Shown: positions 21,671 to 35,110 of the stretch, one piece after another
Layout of the letters: each line of letters begins with the position of its first letter
Numbering within the stretch: the stretch's first letter is position 1
NCBI RefSeq assembly: GCF_001194135.2
Contig: NC_068984.1
Coordinates: forward strand, 61,484,492-61,548,491
Length of the DNA: 64,000 bases
DNA from: Octopus bimaculoides
Taxonomy: Eukaryota
Direction: 5' to 3'
Notes under the pieces: generated by a model
What the model was told of the DNA's origin: nothing
Databases searched by the model: none
Seen by the model: only the letters and a program-made list of their open reading frames with translations
Program-made: the position numbers and the translations under genes

Positions 21671-24600
21671 ACTTTTTCACTTCCCGAGCGTTATACTAAT
21701 ACATCTGTTTGTTTTCTACACCACCTGTGTTCGTCTTTTGTTTTGTTTTGTGAATTCTTCCCATATATAAATATATATATGTGTGTGTGTGTATGTGTGT
21801 TTGTGTGTGTTTGTGTGTGTGTGTGTCTGTGTGTGTGTGTTTGTGTGTGTGTGTGTTTGTGTGTGTGTGCGTGTTTGTGTGTGTGTGTGAGTGTGTGTGA
21901 ATTATCGTGTGTTCGTATGTGTCTGTGTGTGTATGTATGTTTGTCTAAAGAAATAATTTCCTGTAAAACACAATTGACTATTTAAGTATTTAGTTATGGC
22001 TTGGCAGTAAATAGCATATTTTTTTATACATAGTTCAGAATTCTAAACATATTGCTTTACGTGATATGCTGAAATATCGTAGCGTTGTGCGATTCAAATG
22101 AAAGCTTCTATTTCCTGTGAACTGTGTAGAAACAGCAATTGTTCCAAATATTCAACGTGATAATATAATGTAACAAAATGGCAAAACATAACATGCATGT
22201 TTCACAAGAATAAAATAAGCTTCACAAGGTTCAGAAGATAGTGTTTTGCATGTAATAAAGTGTTAATTAACTAGAACTACATATTGATTAAATAAACATA
22301 TATCTTGAATTCATATCATGTGTATGCCCCTTATTAACTTTAATTATATCTTGCCGCTAACATTTTACAAAGCTTTTGATAATCTACCTGGCTACATACC
22401 AAACAAGTTTATTTTATGTTAATGATTTTGTAATTGTCAAGTCTTAGGTGAAAACGGTGTTGCCCATGTGTCTTGCGGGTACTTGGGGACCAGTGAAATA
22501 AATTTTATATTCTGTTTAAACTGATGCAGGACAGTACCTGTATTGAAAGAGGAGATTCCACAGTTCAAAAAGTTGTAAGTATTGAAGAGAAAAGATTGAA
22601 CATATTGGTCAGTGTAGTGCCGGGAATAGTGGGCATAATAAAAGTGACGATCAATGGAGATACGAGTGGGTTAGGCTACTAGAGTAATCTGGATATTAGG
22701 CTATCAAGGTCCAAGGCTAGAAGACATTATAGTTGCGATCGGAGAGACAGCAAGAAAAAAGAGAATTCAAAAGAGAATTCATGCTAATTTATTGACTGGC
22801 TCCATATACTGGCATCGCTTCAGCCTTACAAAGCTGAGATATTTGTCTGTTAACAGAAGGCCTTATCTATAAGATGCCTTCCTAGCTATGCTATGAATGT
22901 GCTTTTGCTGGGATAGACCTTTCGTAATGCCGAGAGCCAACTTTTGGAGGAAGTCTGAGAGCTCTAGCTGACAGCTGTATATGTTTAGAGGAAATACGAG
23001 TTGATGGTATCTTTGTAAAATGTGTAGCGCTTGAATATTTTACCCGTAAAAGTTACAAGTTCGGTATCATACCACTTGAGATATTGTTGAAGACGTAATT
23101 AATGGAAGAATATATATTATGTGTAGTTTGCTGCCTCGAATAATTTGTTTTTGCATTGAACCAATTTGCATTGGAATGTTTGGTTTATTCTTACTACATT
23201 ATCAACCTTTATCTTTTGCAACTAACACAACTTTCTTCGTAATTCAGATCTTATATCGCTTCTTAAATCAAACATTTCTCTCTTCACTCACATTTCACAT
23301 CACACACTTTACTCTGTACATTTTTAGGAAGTCTTTAGCGAATTTTACGTTTAGAATATGATGACTATTTATTTCTGTATATCTTGAGACAGCGCGAAAA
23401 ACCTACCAGCACTATTTTTTGGTTGAATTAGTAATCAGGAATTGTCTTATTCAAATTGGCTATATTGCGTATGTAGCTTATCGTTGATCTATAGCATGTC
23501 TACTACTTCTGTTTAGGTATAAATAGTATAATCTTATAAAGCATGATATTAGATTTAACTAGATTCAAGACGTTCCTTAGGGAATTATGGTTCAAGAAAA
23601 TCAGTTTGCTTTAATACACGATCGATATTTGTATAGTGTGCCCTCTTGCCGAATATATGACATCTGTGGTGCTAATTAATGCTCCTATAATGTACATGAT
23701 TAATTTTGACAGCAATTAGTAATCTACCTTTTACAATGAGAAAAATGGAATATTCTTATTTAATGATATTTTCAAGGATAATAGCATTCAAGAATTAAAA
23801 AAAAAAATCCAAAAATATTAAAAATCAATTACTAGACCCGTGTCACTGTATTAGCTATAGACTACAGCGACATCTTCCGGCATTTTATAAACCTAAATTA
23901 CTCTTGTGAATATAATTTGTTTCGGCAATGAATCAAGATATCAAGAATATGATAATATAATGGTATAGTTATTAAAGTGGTTGAACTAAACGGTAGTTAA
24001 AGCTATAATTTTCTGATGTAATATTTTGTACTACTAGGATATTTTCAACTATAGACTAAAATTGCAGAAAAACTTTCGTTTTAACAACTGTGTTAACCTC
24101 TACCTCTTATCAAATGCTGCAATTCATGGAACACCTGAGAATACTACAAGCATTTTAAAGTTCTTCTTCAACAATATATTTGCTAACGGTGAAAACTGTC
24201 GATGTGGAAGAACATTTTTTCTTTCATTGAGAATGATTTTCGTGTTAGAGTAAAAATATTCTTCATTCTATTTCATTATTGTTTGTCATTTTGCAATATT
24301 TGATTTTAATTTACATATAAGGCCAGCGGTCTTTGGGGGTAATACAACTGTTTAATCACCTCGACTCGAAAACTGCCAGAATGAAGCTGTAAAACTGATG
24401 AACGGACCTACTATGTCGTGTAGTTTCATTTGTATTTCATTATCTATTGATCTATAATCGTATTGTGTGGATTTTTGTTTTAATCTTTCTGGAAAGACAA
24501 TATGTCTAGACTAAAATATTCGGGTATATTAATTTCTGTTTTAATTCCCAACATATTAATTATAAATGATATGAAGAAATAGAGTTAGGAATTTGATGTA

Positions 24601-25173
24601 ATATACTGAAGATAGTAACGTTATACGTATAACCACTTCATATTTATTGTTTTAAAGGAATAAAACGGACATTAATTTTCAAATGAATTACGAAAGCAGT
24701 ATGCACACTGTATGTACGTTAGTGTTAGTAGCGACTGTGAACAACAACATTCAAACCAAGTCAAATATATTAGTACAATAATGAAGTCTTGTTTCATTAC
24801 TATCTCCATATAGCAATGAGAAAAATCAGCAAGTGTATCAGTAATATACGACGGAATTCAATGAAGTTGTTTTTCTGTCTTGATGATATTTTCATGATTT
24901 AAACAATTTTCAAAAAGATATTAATGTTATACTCTTCTTGATGATATAGTTATAGCTTGATGATGCAGTTATATCTTGATGATCTAAAAGCATCATATCA
25001 CCAAGGAGTCCTCTTGCTAAAGAGCAGAAAGCTGTGAGTTACCTCAGAAAAGTCTGACATCTTCAGTTAATACCAATAACGTTTGTCAAAATGGGTATCT
25101 AAGTTTATTTGCTTTCTTGTGTTTAGGTCTATTGGGGCATAATCATTCAAGTGAGTGATATCCAGAAATAATA

Positions 25174-26116
25174 CGAAGGGGTACTGAAAAGGAACCTGAA
25201 TTTCGCAACATCTTTTCTTTCATTTAACTTTACATGTTTACACTTTTATCGCCTTCAATGTAGATATTGTTTTTAAATAGAGACGCCCTCAAAAGGGTTT
25301 AACCTGAACAAAATACTGCAGCTTTGTAGCATTTACTAATACACTTATGTAATATTGATACTGCTTACATTATGAAACTGCTTCAAGCACAAACTTCGAG
25401 CTTATTGTGACTGTTTCATCGAAACTCATGCGAAGTGATGCTTGTTAACGCCTCCGTCGTTATTTTATTCATATTTCCACGTTTGAAAATTCCGTAACAT
25501 CAGCATCCGTCACCAGTGAGGACCTTTAAAAAACGTCCGTGTCAACTTCTAACTGTTCTTACTGATCACGACATGCATTCAATCGTGACTGTTTTTTGCT
25601 CCTCAGCGAGCAAGCGAGGCACACATTTTCATTCGCAATTCCTCGCTTAAAATTGGTTACCAGGAGCTCCAGCACACAACAATCATATCAAAAAGTTTGT
25701 AAATTGTTCGGTGACGGTCCTCCAAACTCAGTTCATATATTTGCATGATGTTTCCATTCGTCTGAGAGGTTGTCGGTTGTCCAGAACAAGGTTGGTGCTC
25801 AAGCAACAGGCGACCATTCCTAAAGTGTGAACACCACACGTAAACTTGTGTTTTGCTCATGGCAGCGACCTTCTAAACTGTTTGAAGCATAAACAGAATT
25901 TCACGGAAGTACGCAGTTCCTTCATTTCAGGCATCGCAAAATTCGAGGAATATGAGAGAAGAGAAGTACTAAAAAACAAAAACGCATTATCTCGTAGTAT
26001 TATAACCCTGATAGGACAACGCCGGTTAGCAGACTGATGTCTGAGGGTCACGTCAAGTGGCTTCCAGTGGTTTGTCCCACCTAGAACAATTGCGATTACT
26101 TTTGGGTACCCCCTCG
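25174..26116 (-). mobile_element. mariner transposon remnant (internally deleted)
   Basis: TIRs TA|CGAAGGGGTACTGAAAAG and CTTTTGGGTACCCCCTCG|TG. Minus-strand peptides MKELRTSVKFC, MSKTQVYVWCSHFRNGRLLLEHQPCSGQPTTSQTNGN..IYELSLEDRHRTI (mariner HTH) and C-terminal YIEGDK. Confidence 0.85.
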
Positions 26117-26121
26117 TGTGT

Positions 26122-26156
<35 letters not shown>

Positions 26157-26440
26157 TACAGATAGATTGATAGATGGGAGCTATTGTATCAGGTGTTGTC
26201 AAGTTAAATATCAGTTTTTGTGTCTGGCATTGTTAGTATAATTTTACATGGGTCCTGGTAGTCCTGTAGCGGATGCCGAGACGAAATATTCAGAATAAAC
26301 TCGAAGTTTGTATTTCAGCCAGCTTCGTAGTGTAAGCACTATCAACATTCCGTACTTAACATATGTGTGTTAGTAAACGCTACAAAACTGCAGTATTTTG
26401 TTCAGGTTAAACCCTTTTTAAGACGTCTCTATTTAAAAAC
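25267..26440. repeat. ~145-bp inverted repeat pair (25267-25410 and 26290-26440)
   Basis: GTTTTTAAATAGAGACG..AAAAGGGTTTAACCTGAACAAAATACTGCAG.TTTGTAGC.TTTACTAA...CAAACTTCGAG occurs in both orientations. Confidence 0.8.
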
Positions 26441-27214
26441 ACAACCAATTTGAAAGCTACGCAAAAACAAATCGATGCGGAATGGAAGGAGAAGCAGAGC
26501 ATGAGTTATCGATATTGCAACGTCATTTCCCCTCCTCAGTGTCACACATTCCTTCAACTTTGAAACGATGCACCTCGGCCATCTGAAGGTGTGTATACAA
26601 ATAACGCAAAACACATTGGCTAGTGTGTAAAAGCGTCGCACAAGGAAAGCAAAATTCAAATCTTGTTCGAAGCAGCTCAATAAGAAATACATCAATATCA
26701 CGTATTTAATGTATGTGTGTTGTCAAAAGCGGCAGTATTTAAATACCGATGGAAACTCCTTTAGATACGTATAATGTTTGAAATTTCGAGGAGTGTGTGG
26801 CTCTGAAGATAGAGATGGACAGCGTAACATCGATAACTGTCACTTTCTTTCACTTCCGGGGCAATGTCTTTTTTAATTTCAGATAAACTGGTTCATTTTT
26901 GAAGGGTTCTCTCCTGCACGAAGTACTGTGCATTTGCAGTGTTTGTTAACACATACATTACGTATGAGATATTGATAATTTTTACTATGGTTAAGAAGGA
27001 TTGTTTACTCTGTTGTTGTGCATGGACAATCGAACTCTAATGGAGTCATTCCTGAGTGTGACCTACCGTTGGTTTGAAATTCATTCATAATGGATATCTT
27101 TCATGACAAGATAGATCAGTTATCCTTGAGAGAGACAGTGCAGCGTATTACATATATGCATTCATACATGCATACATATATACAAACATACATACATACA
27201 TACACACATACATG

Positions 27215-27290
<76 letters not shown>

Positions 27291-27954
27291 AGTAAAAATA
27301 AATACAAAAAAGGTGGGGTTTTTTGTATGATTGTGTATAGAGGAATATATTATTTTGCTTAAAAGAGTTATGTTTTATTTATATTCCTGCAGAACTAATG
27401 TGGGGTATAGAATATGGAATATACAATATATAATATGATATACAATATACAATATAAAATAAAATAAAATAAAAATGGATGGCACNNNNNNNNNNNNNNN
27501 NNNNNNNNNNNNNNNNNNNNNNNNNNNNNNNNNNNNNNNNNNNNNNNNNNNNNNNNNNNNNNNNNNNNNNNNNNNNNNNNNNNNNNNNNNNNNNNNNNNN
27601 NNNNNNNNNNNNNNNNNNNNNNNNNNNNNNNNNNNNNNNNNNNNNNNNNNNNNNNNNNNNNNNNNNNNNNNNNNNNNNNNNNNNNNNNNNNNNNNNNNNN
27701 NNNNNNNNNNNNNNNNNNNNNNNNNNNNNNNNNNNNNNNNNNNNNNNNNNNNNNNNNNNNNNNNNNNNNNNNNNNNNNNNNNNNNNNNNNNNNNNNNNNN
27801 NNNNNNNNNNNNNNNNNNNNNNNNNNNNNNNNNNNNNNNNNNNNNNNNNNNNNNNNNNNNNNNNNNNNNNNNNNNNNNNNNNTGATATCTGAGAGATTTT
27901 TTGTGTTTTGGTTACAGGGATAAGATTTTTAAACCCCAAGTAAGATGGATTTAA

Positions 27955-28210
27955 TCATTGTTTGTTAAGAGTGGGTTTGAATTTCTTAATAAAGTCCTTT
28001 TCTTTGCATTTTCTTTCAATTTCATTCCGGTTATAAAGTTTATGGAATGGAAATATAATAAAAGTTTGATGACCACATATTGCTAGATGGTTACTCAGTG
28101 GTATTTGGCGGACTTCTGGGTTTTTAATCTGTTGTCGATGTACCCGTGAGCGTTCCGATAGTGCATTACCTGTCTGGCCACTTCGGTATTTCCCACTCAC
28201 AACGGCTAAA
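27955..28210 (-). mobile_element. Penelope-like element remnant (GIY-YIG endonuclease C-terminus)
   Basis: GQTGNALSERSRVHRQQIKNPEVRQIPLSNHLAICGHQTFIIFPFHKLYNRNEIERKCKEKDFIKKFKPTLN matches the pattern of the PLE GIY-YIG domain (GQT..L..R...H, H, RK.KE..FI....P.LN). Confidence 0.8.
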
Positions 28211-28628
28211 GAGCTAGAAACGCGTCTGAGAAGCTGAGAGGGGGTAGCACTGGACAGATATGGTGTTTTTATACCTTTTACCACAAGAGAGGGAATTTTT
28301 CTTCACGGTAACTGCAGTGAATTTGCCTAGATGTTGACATATGCCACAAACATATTTTAACTAACCCTAAAGTCCGCTTATTCCTAAACACTGCTGGCAC
28401 TGTTATTACTGTTATATATATATATATATATATATCGTTGTTTGCACCATCTACATTGAGATAGAGAATGAATATTCCCATATGTGTAGGTCTAGATAAG
28501 TTCAGACGCAAAATATGCTGAGTGCTATCATATTGATGCGCGGCATTCTGTGACACCAGTGCCTGAAGTAACTTTGAGACAAGCCAAAGCCGTTGTCTGT
28601 TTCATGCTTTCACTGCACAGAATTATAC

Positions 28629-28676
<48 letters not shown>

Positions 28677-28727
28677 ACACATATACACACACACACACAC
28701 ATACACACACACACACACTCTCTCTCT

Positions 28728-28774
<47 letters not shown>

Positions 28775-29860
28775 TATTATATACTATATATACATTATAT
28801 AAAGTATATGTGTATGCTGTAGAAGAAAACCAAAGCAGTTTTAACAATTATATGCTCGCATATAATGTACAATTCTTGAAATAATCTTGTGAAAATTCTC
28901 TTCCTTTTCGAAGTGTATAAATTTAGACTAATTACTGAACGAGAATGCTCTAATATAAATCGGATATTAATTTCACAAAAATATCTACAATTTGAAATTG
29001 CTTGTTGTAATTTTCTATTAGGAAAAAGAATGGAAAAGGAACAATGCTCTCTCAAAATTTATATATTATCTGCTATAGATGGATCAGGAAAATAATAAGA
29101 ATACATATTTGTATTAACATTAGGAGTATTTCCCGGAAATGCATTTGTTTTCCAAGATAGTGTATTTTATATCATGCGTTGTGGAACTAAAATGATTAAA
29201 TTATTACACTGCAAGTAGTCTTTGCATCCTCCTGGAATGATACTTTGCTTCGAACATTACGAAATAGAGCATTCACAAGAATAACTTAATATTCTTAATA
29301 TACACTGCACGTAAGTTGTTATTTAGAAATAAATTATTTAACAATTTCCCGTAGGACTTCAGCAATAATAACTAAATGACATGCAAGCTGCAGATGTTCA
29401 ATGTAAAACTTTAATGTGATGTGAAGTATAAACCTATTTCTATTTATTATTTCAACTGAGAAATATTCAGAGTGAAATTTGCGAAGATTGCGAAAATTAT
29501 AGTTGAGAAATGCTATTAAGTAACTTATATATGTTTACGTGATCAAATGTTTCTATATTTTCTGCCCTGCCTGAAATAGAAAAAACAGTGCCCATGAACT
29601 TTTTGGAGGATTAGAAACTAGTAACGTTGCATTTTATTTACAGTTTGGTTAAAACTTTCAGTAGATACTCTGCAACTTTCTGCAACGACAAAATTTATAT
29701 TGCGTTTCAGATTAGTATGGATTTATCCCTCATATATATTGTAATTGCCTTATCAAAGTCCCTTAATTATTTCATTATCTAATGCATAGTAACCATCACA
29801 TAGAATAATTTTACAAGAGGTAAATACATGTTTAAATAAATATTATTTATCATGCCTTAC

Positions 29861-31731
29861 ATATATATAATATAAAAGTCAATGTGTGTGTGTTCGTATA
29901 TTACAGACTCGAAAACTACTCGACCGATCCTAATGAAATTTGGAACAAAAAATCCAAGCCTAGGTAGAAGAGTAATGCTCCCACCCGTGAAAGTTCATAT
30001 GCTTCCGATTTTGATGAAATTTGAACCATATGTATTAGAAATCAAAAATACACAAAATTTCGATTTCTTTAGATGATTCTAAAACCCCCAAAAGGGGGCT
30101 TAATCTCCAAATTTTAGTCATTTTTCATGGACCAAAATTACTGAATGGATATTTGGAACTTACATTCAATGCATAAGGGCGGGTATAATGCCGTATGTTT
30201 AGTTTGAATTTCAGGGAGCTTAAAGGGGGCAGAACCTTCATGAAAATTCATAAATTTCCTATGTTAATGAAATTTCGACCATAGGTAATTGACACAAATC
30301 AAGAAGTATTCTCAAAGTTTGCGTTTCTCGTGAGGATTCTAAGACCCTTAATTGGGACTTATCTCACCAAATTTTAGTCCTCTTTTATGATTCAAAACAA
30401 GGTTAAAAGTAGTGAATGGATCTTTATGAAATTGGGAAATTATATTCTGTGCATAAGGACGGATGTAATGCAGTTTGAAAGTGAGGGGGCATAAATGAGG
30501 CCATAACCCCTCTGAAAATTCATATAATTTTGCTGTTGATGAAATTTTAACCATAGATATTAGACACAAATGAAGTAATATTCGTAAAATTTCAACTTCT
30601 TAGTAGGTCAGTAAGACCCCTTAATTGGGGCTTAACCTCCGCAATTTAGTCATTTTTCCTAAGCCAAGACGAATACAATTGTTGTCTTGAAAGCTGTAGA
30701 GTCACCCGAGGATACAAGAACGTTAATTATAATTCAATGGTACAACAGTGTAAGAGTTTGCTTTGAGATATACTTAGATCGTAATTTCTGCAATTTGGTG
30801 CATAAACTAAATAGTATAGGAGAGGCATCTTTGCATCCACTGATTCAGTTGAAAAGTATTGTTTGGAGTAAAGTTATTTGATTGCAAACCTCTTTTGGGT
30901 CATTTTATTATCACTGAGTCAGAGATAGTTCCCAGTTAGTAACATTGATTTCAAGACCTTTCAAGATAAGTGATTGGTCATTCAAAGTGATTTATAGATT
31001 GCAAATTTATTCTGTTCAGTTACCTATCGGTATAGTGATCATTGGCAAACACAAGAGATGACACTTTCCGTTCTCCTTAGCTCTCACGTCACACAGTTGT
31101 TAATGTTTATTTGAGTTGGGTCACGCCCTTCCAATTGCTATAGATCTGTAATGCATCTTACGGCTGTGCCGGTCAACTGTATGGTGAGGAATCCTTACAT
31201 TTGGGGAGTAGTAACGAATAGAGAAGCGTTGCTGACTACTTGTTGCGACCATTTGCCTTTTGGTTTCCTCTAGTTTTGCTCTCTTTTACAAACCCAGTGA
31301 AGGTTCATATATTTCCGATTTCAAAAAAACTTGAACAATAGATATAAATTAAAAAAGATACCCAACAATTCAACTTCTCTGGTTGACTTGAAGGCTCCAT
31401 AATAGGGGCCTTAACTCTCACATTTTAGAGCTCCATGTACTCTATGTGCTCCATTTTTCAGGGACAAAAACCTTTGAATAGGTTTTAGAAGATCTGGATT
31501 TTGGAATCTGGGCATAAGAATGAGTAGTATGGGATAAATATGTCATGAGTAGAATTTGTGTCGGGGTGTGTAAAGCTGGAAAGAACCCCAGACTTAAAAT
31601 TTTTAATCTCCAAATTTGATGAAATTCAATTCATAGGTATTCCATTTCACTGGAGAAAATATAACAGAAAAGTTTAATTCTTCATTTCTATATGTCAATA
31701 CGTCATGGGCAACGCCGGGTATCTCTGCTAG
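29861..31731 (+). mobile_element. Non-autonomous Helitron-like element with internal subrepeats
   Basis: 5' ATATATATAATATAAAAGTCAATGTGTGTGTG...ACTACTCGACCGATCCTAATGAAATTTGG and 3' GGGCAACGCCGGGTATCTCTGCTAG|T (CTAG end with a subterminal GC hairpin). Four diverged ~140-bp direct subrepeats start at about 29988, 30237, 30510 and 31298. Confidence 0.8.
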
Positions 31732-31769
31732 TAGCTATAGATATATGTATATAGAAAGGTACATGGACT

Positions 31770-32200
31770 AATGGTTTGGGTGTGGCACTCACCATCGCCA
31801 GATCATGATTTCTGTTCCTAGACCGGGGAATGTCTTGTGTTCTTGAACAAATCACTTCATCTTACAATACTCTGCGATCACTTCGACAGCTGATGCTTAG
31901 TATAAAGTGCACTTATTCAGACAACGCCAAAAGTAAACAAATCATTTGTGGAGGTCATTCGGCAAAGCTGAAAGTTCATAGGTCGTCTTCGACGGGAGAC
32001 TGTCATATATATATAATGAGGGTAGAAAGTTTTGGTGTTTTTTTGCGTCCCCGTCACATTAGCGGTTCGGCTGAGACACCGATAGAATAAGTACTACACC
32101 TACAAAGAATAAGGCCTGAGGTCGATTTCCCGACTAAAGGTGGTGCTCAATTATGGCCACAGTCAAATGACTGAAGCAAATTAAAGAATAAAAGAATATA
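31770..32200 (+). mobile_element. Family B-related SINE (composite; 3' half clear)
   Basis: GTCCCCGTCACATTAGCGGTTCGG...CCGATAGAATAAGTACTA...GAGGTCGATTT..CGACTAAAGGTGGTGCTC...GGCCACAGTCAAATGACTGAA...AAAGAATAAAAGAATA. Confidence 0.7.
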
Positions 32201-32278
32201 CCGGTGGCTAACATGCGTAATAAAGTCAATAGACAACATATGTTCATATATAATAGTGTAAAAACAATTTACGTATTA

Positions 32279-32321
<43 letters not shown>

Positions 32322-32648
32322 NNNNNNNNNNNNNNNNNNNNNNNNNNNNNNNNNNNNNNNNNNNNNNNNNNNNNNNNNNNNNNNNNNNNNNNNNNNNNNN
32401 NNNNNNNNNNNNNNNNNNNNNNNNNNNNNNNNNNNNNNNNNNNNNNNNNNNNNNNNNNNNNNNNNNNNNNNNNNNNNNNNNNNNNNNNNNNNNNNNNNNN
32501 NNNNNNNNNNNNNNNNNNNNNNNNNNNNNNNNNNNNNNNNNNNNNNNNNNNNNNNNNNNNNNNNNNNNNNNNNNNNNNNNNNNNNNNNNNNNNNNNNNNN
32601 NNNNNNNNNNNNNNNNNNNNNNNNNNNNGTGTGTGTGTGTGACAGAGC

Positions 32649-32681
<33 letters not shown>

Positions 32682-33068
32682 TGAGAGAGAGAGAGAGAGA
32701 GAAAGAGAGATTGAGAGAGAAATATATATCGTCCATCATTGAAAATAATTAGTACACTTGTCCTTTGAGTGATGCCTTTGAAACGTTAATGTTTTTGTAT
32801 TCAATGACTCCTGCCGTGAATACATATGAACGTCTATGATTCAAGTTCGTCTCATATAATGACTACTATTTGAATGGTTAGGATAAAGATTTTCCCAAAC
32901 AAATCTCTAAAGTTAAGTCATAAAAATTGCATAGTTTAGTTTGTGGTTATTTTTCAGTAGATTAAATGCACTAATCGCTAAATCGTATTTAAATAATAAT
33001 ATCTTAATATATTAAAGAGAGCAACCAAGAACATTCATAATACATACATACATACACACACACTCACG

Positions 33069-33116
<48 letters not shown>

Positions 33117-33225
33117 AATATACATATACGTGCATATATATATGCATGTATATACATATGGGTACATACACACACACGCACGCACACACACACATATATA
33201 TATACATACACATACATATATTTAT

Positions 33226-33275
<50 letters not shown>

Positions 33276-33421
33276 TATATAATTATACATGCACTGATAC
33301 ATACATACACTCACACACTCATATATGTTTTTATATGTATATATAGATATATAAATATATAAAAATATATATAAAGGAATATATAAATATATAGATAGAT
33401 AAATTAAATTAAAGCAGTAAG

Positions 33422-33467
<46 letters not shown>

Positions 33468-35110
33468 TGTAGACAGAAAGATTATGTGTGTGTGAGAAAG
33501 AGAGGGAGGGAGACAGCATTTTGACCCGATATAACCTTTTATTAAAATGAATATATGTATAAATGTGTTTCTGTATCTATACTCGCATATATACATATAA
33601 TTTTGCTTGCTGAATCATATTTAAATCACAATACCTTATTGATTATGGTTGCTGAATTCATCTTCGTAGGATATCAACTTAAAGCGATTAAAAGATAAAA
33701 TAATTATATCTATAGTTTCATGCTAATCTTTCAAATATGAATACAATACAAACATCAAAATACACAAACATATATAAAATAAAATATGAAATGCAACATA
33801 GAATTAGATTTTAGATGTTAACGGTTCATTACGTTGTTCAATTAGCGGTAGAAATTCATTTAAAATGTTGTTTTACAAGATTTTCAGTTATTCACGTAGA
33901 ACAAAGCGGATGCATTCTATTACTATAATGCTGTACATGTTTCAAAGGAAACAACATAATCAATGAATTGGATGGTTAACTGGTATTTGATTGCTACGTC
34001 ATTTCTGGGTGCGGTAGAAAAAAGAAAATAAGTGGATAGTTTTTTTCCTACTGCAACATCTAATTTATTGAATTTCTCGGATTTGACCAAAGGTTTAAGA
34101 ATTTAGATTTGTTTGGTCATATCCTAAATGAGTTGAGAAAATTTTCTATACTAATTTCGGTACGAAACACCATTAAAGTTATTTAATAAGTTATTTGCCT
34201 TAATTTTTGTAATATTGAATATTAATTTGTTCTATTATTTAAAAAAAAAATACAAAACAGGGTTATAAATTTAGGAAATGTGTGTGTAATCGATAGAATA
34301 CTTGACATGTCTGGTATTATTTTATAAACTCAATCAATTCGAGTAGACTGTAAGTTAATGTCGCAAGAAATGTTGTAGCCCACTCGTCTGATGCTCTCAT
34401 AATTATTATTAAATAAGAAGTAGAAAACAGAACAGTTACAAGGCATAGTATTTTCTTACAAACACTACGAAAATAATAATGACATTAGCTTTTACATTTC
34501 CTTCCATATAATATTTTCAAGACCTATTTGTGAAATATATACTCTTTCCCAAATATATTTGAATAATGTGGCGTCAGTATGATATCTAATGCAGAATAAA
34601 GTGTTCTACACATCATATTTTATCACAAACACTTCGCTTTTCGGTCTAAAAGCAAGGCATAAACTATTTAATGCTTCAGTGAAAAAATGCTGCATTATAA
34701 AAAGTCTTTATTTTGTTATTGTAATCTTCAAATCAACCCACGCGTCTCATATTCACCAAAAACTTTTATTATCTGCTACCTTGGCCTTTCAGTAGTATAT
34801 TTTCATACAATTTTTTATATGAACACCTTTAATAAAGTTTATTTTAATTTACTCGTAGGTAATATAAATTAAATTACCAACTTTAATGAATATTTATGCT
34901 TGAATATCTTAGATCCTCAGGGAATAATGCTGCGAATATTTGTAAATATTCCAGTTAATGTACATATAATTAAAGAAAGCCTTGTCGATTTCTAAAGTAT
35001 GGGTAGTGCTGTTTTTAAACCTTTGAATTCAAGTCTGGTGTATATCATTTTTAATATTCGCGAAAACAATGAGATGTTATAGATGTCAGCGTCACATTAA
35101 TTTCCATATA

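Noticed and set aside
21138-21985. Long ORFs of 150-265 aa in the ORF track (also at 27379-27939, 32204-32752, 55145-55955 and 58939-59809)
   Set aside because: They are open only because they cross N-gaps and dinucleotide repeats (X runs, YI/CV/HT repeats).
22410-22640. Apparent long minus-strand ORF or exon
   Set aside because: On rechecking, the frame is broken and no consistent donor site exists.
29988-31430. CRISPR-like or satellite array
   Set aside because: The units are ~140 bp, diverged and irregularly spaced inside a Helitron-like element in eukaryotic DNA, with no cas genes.
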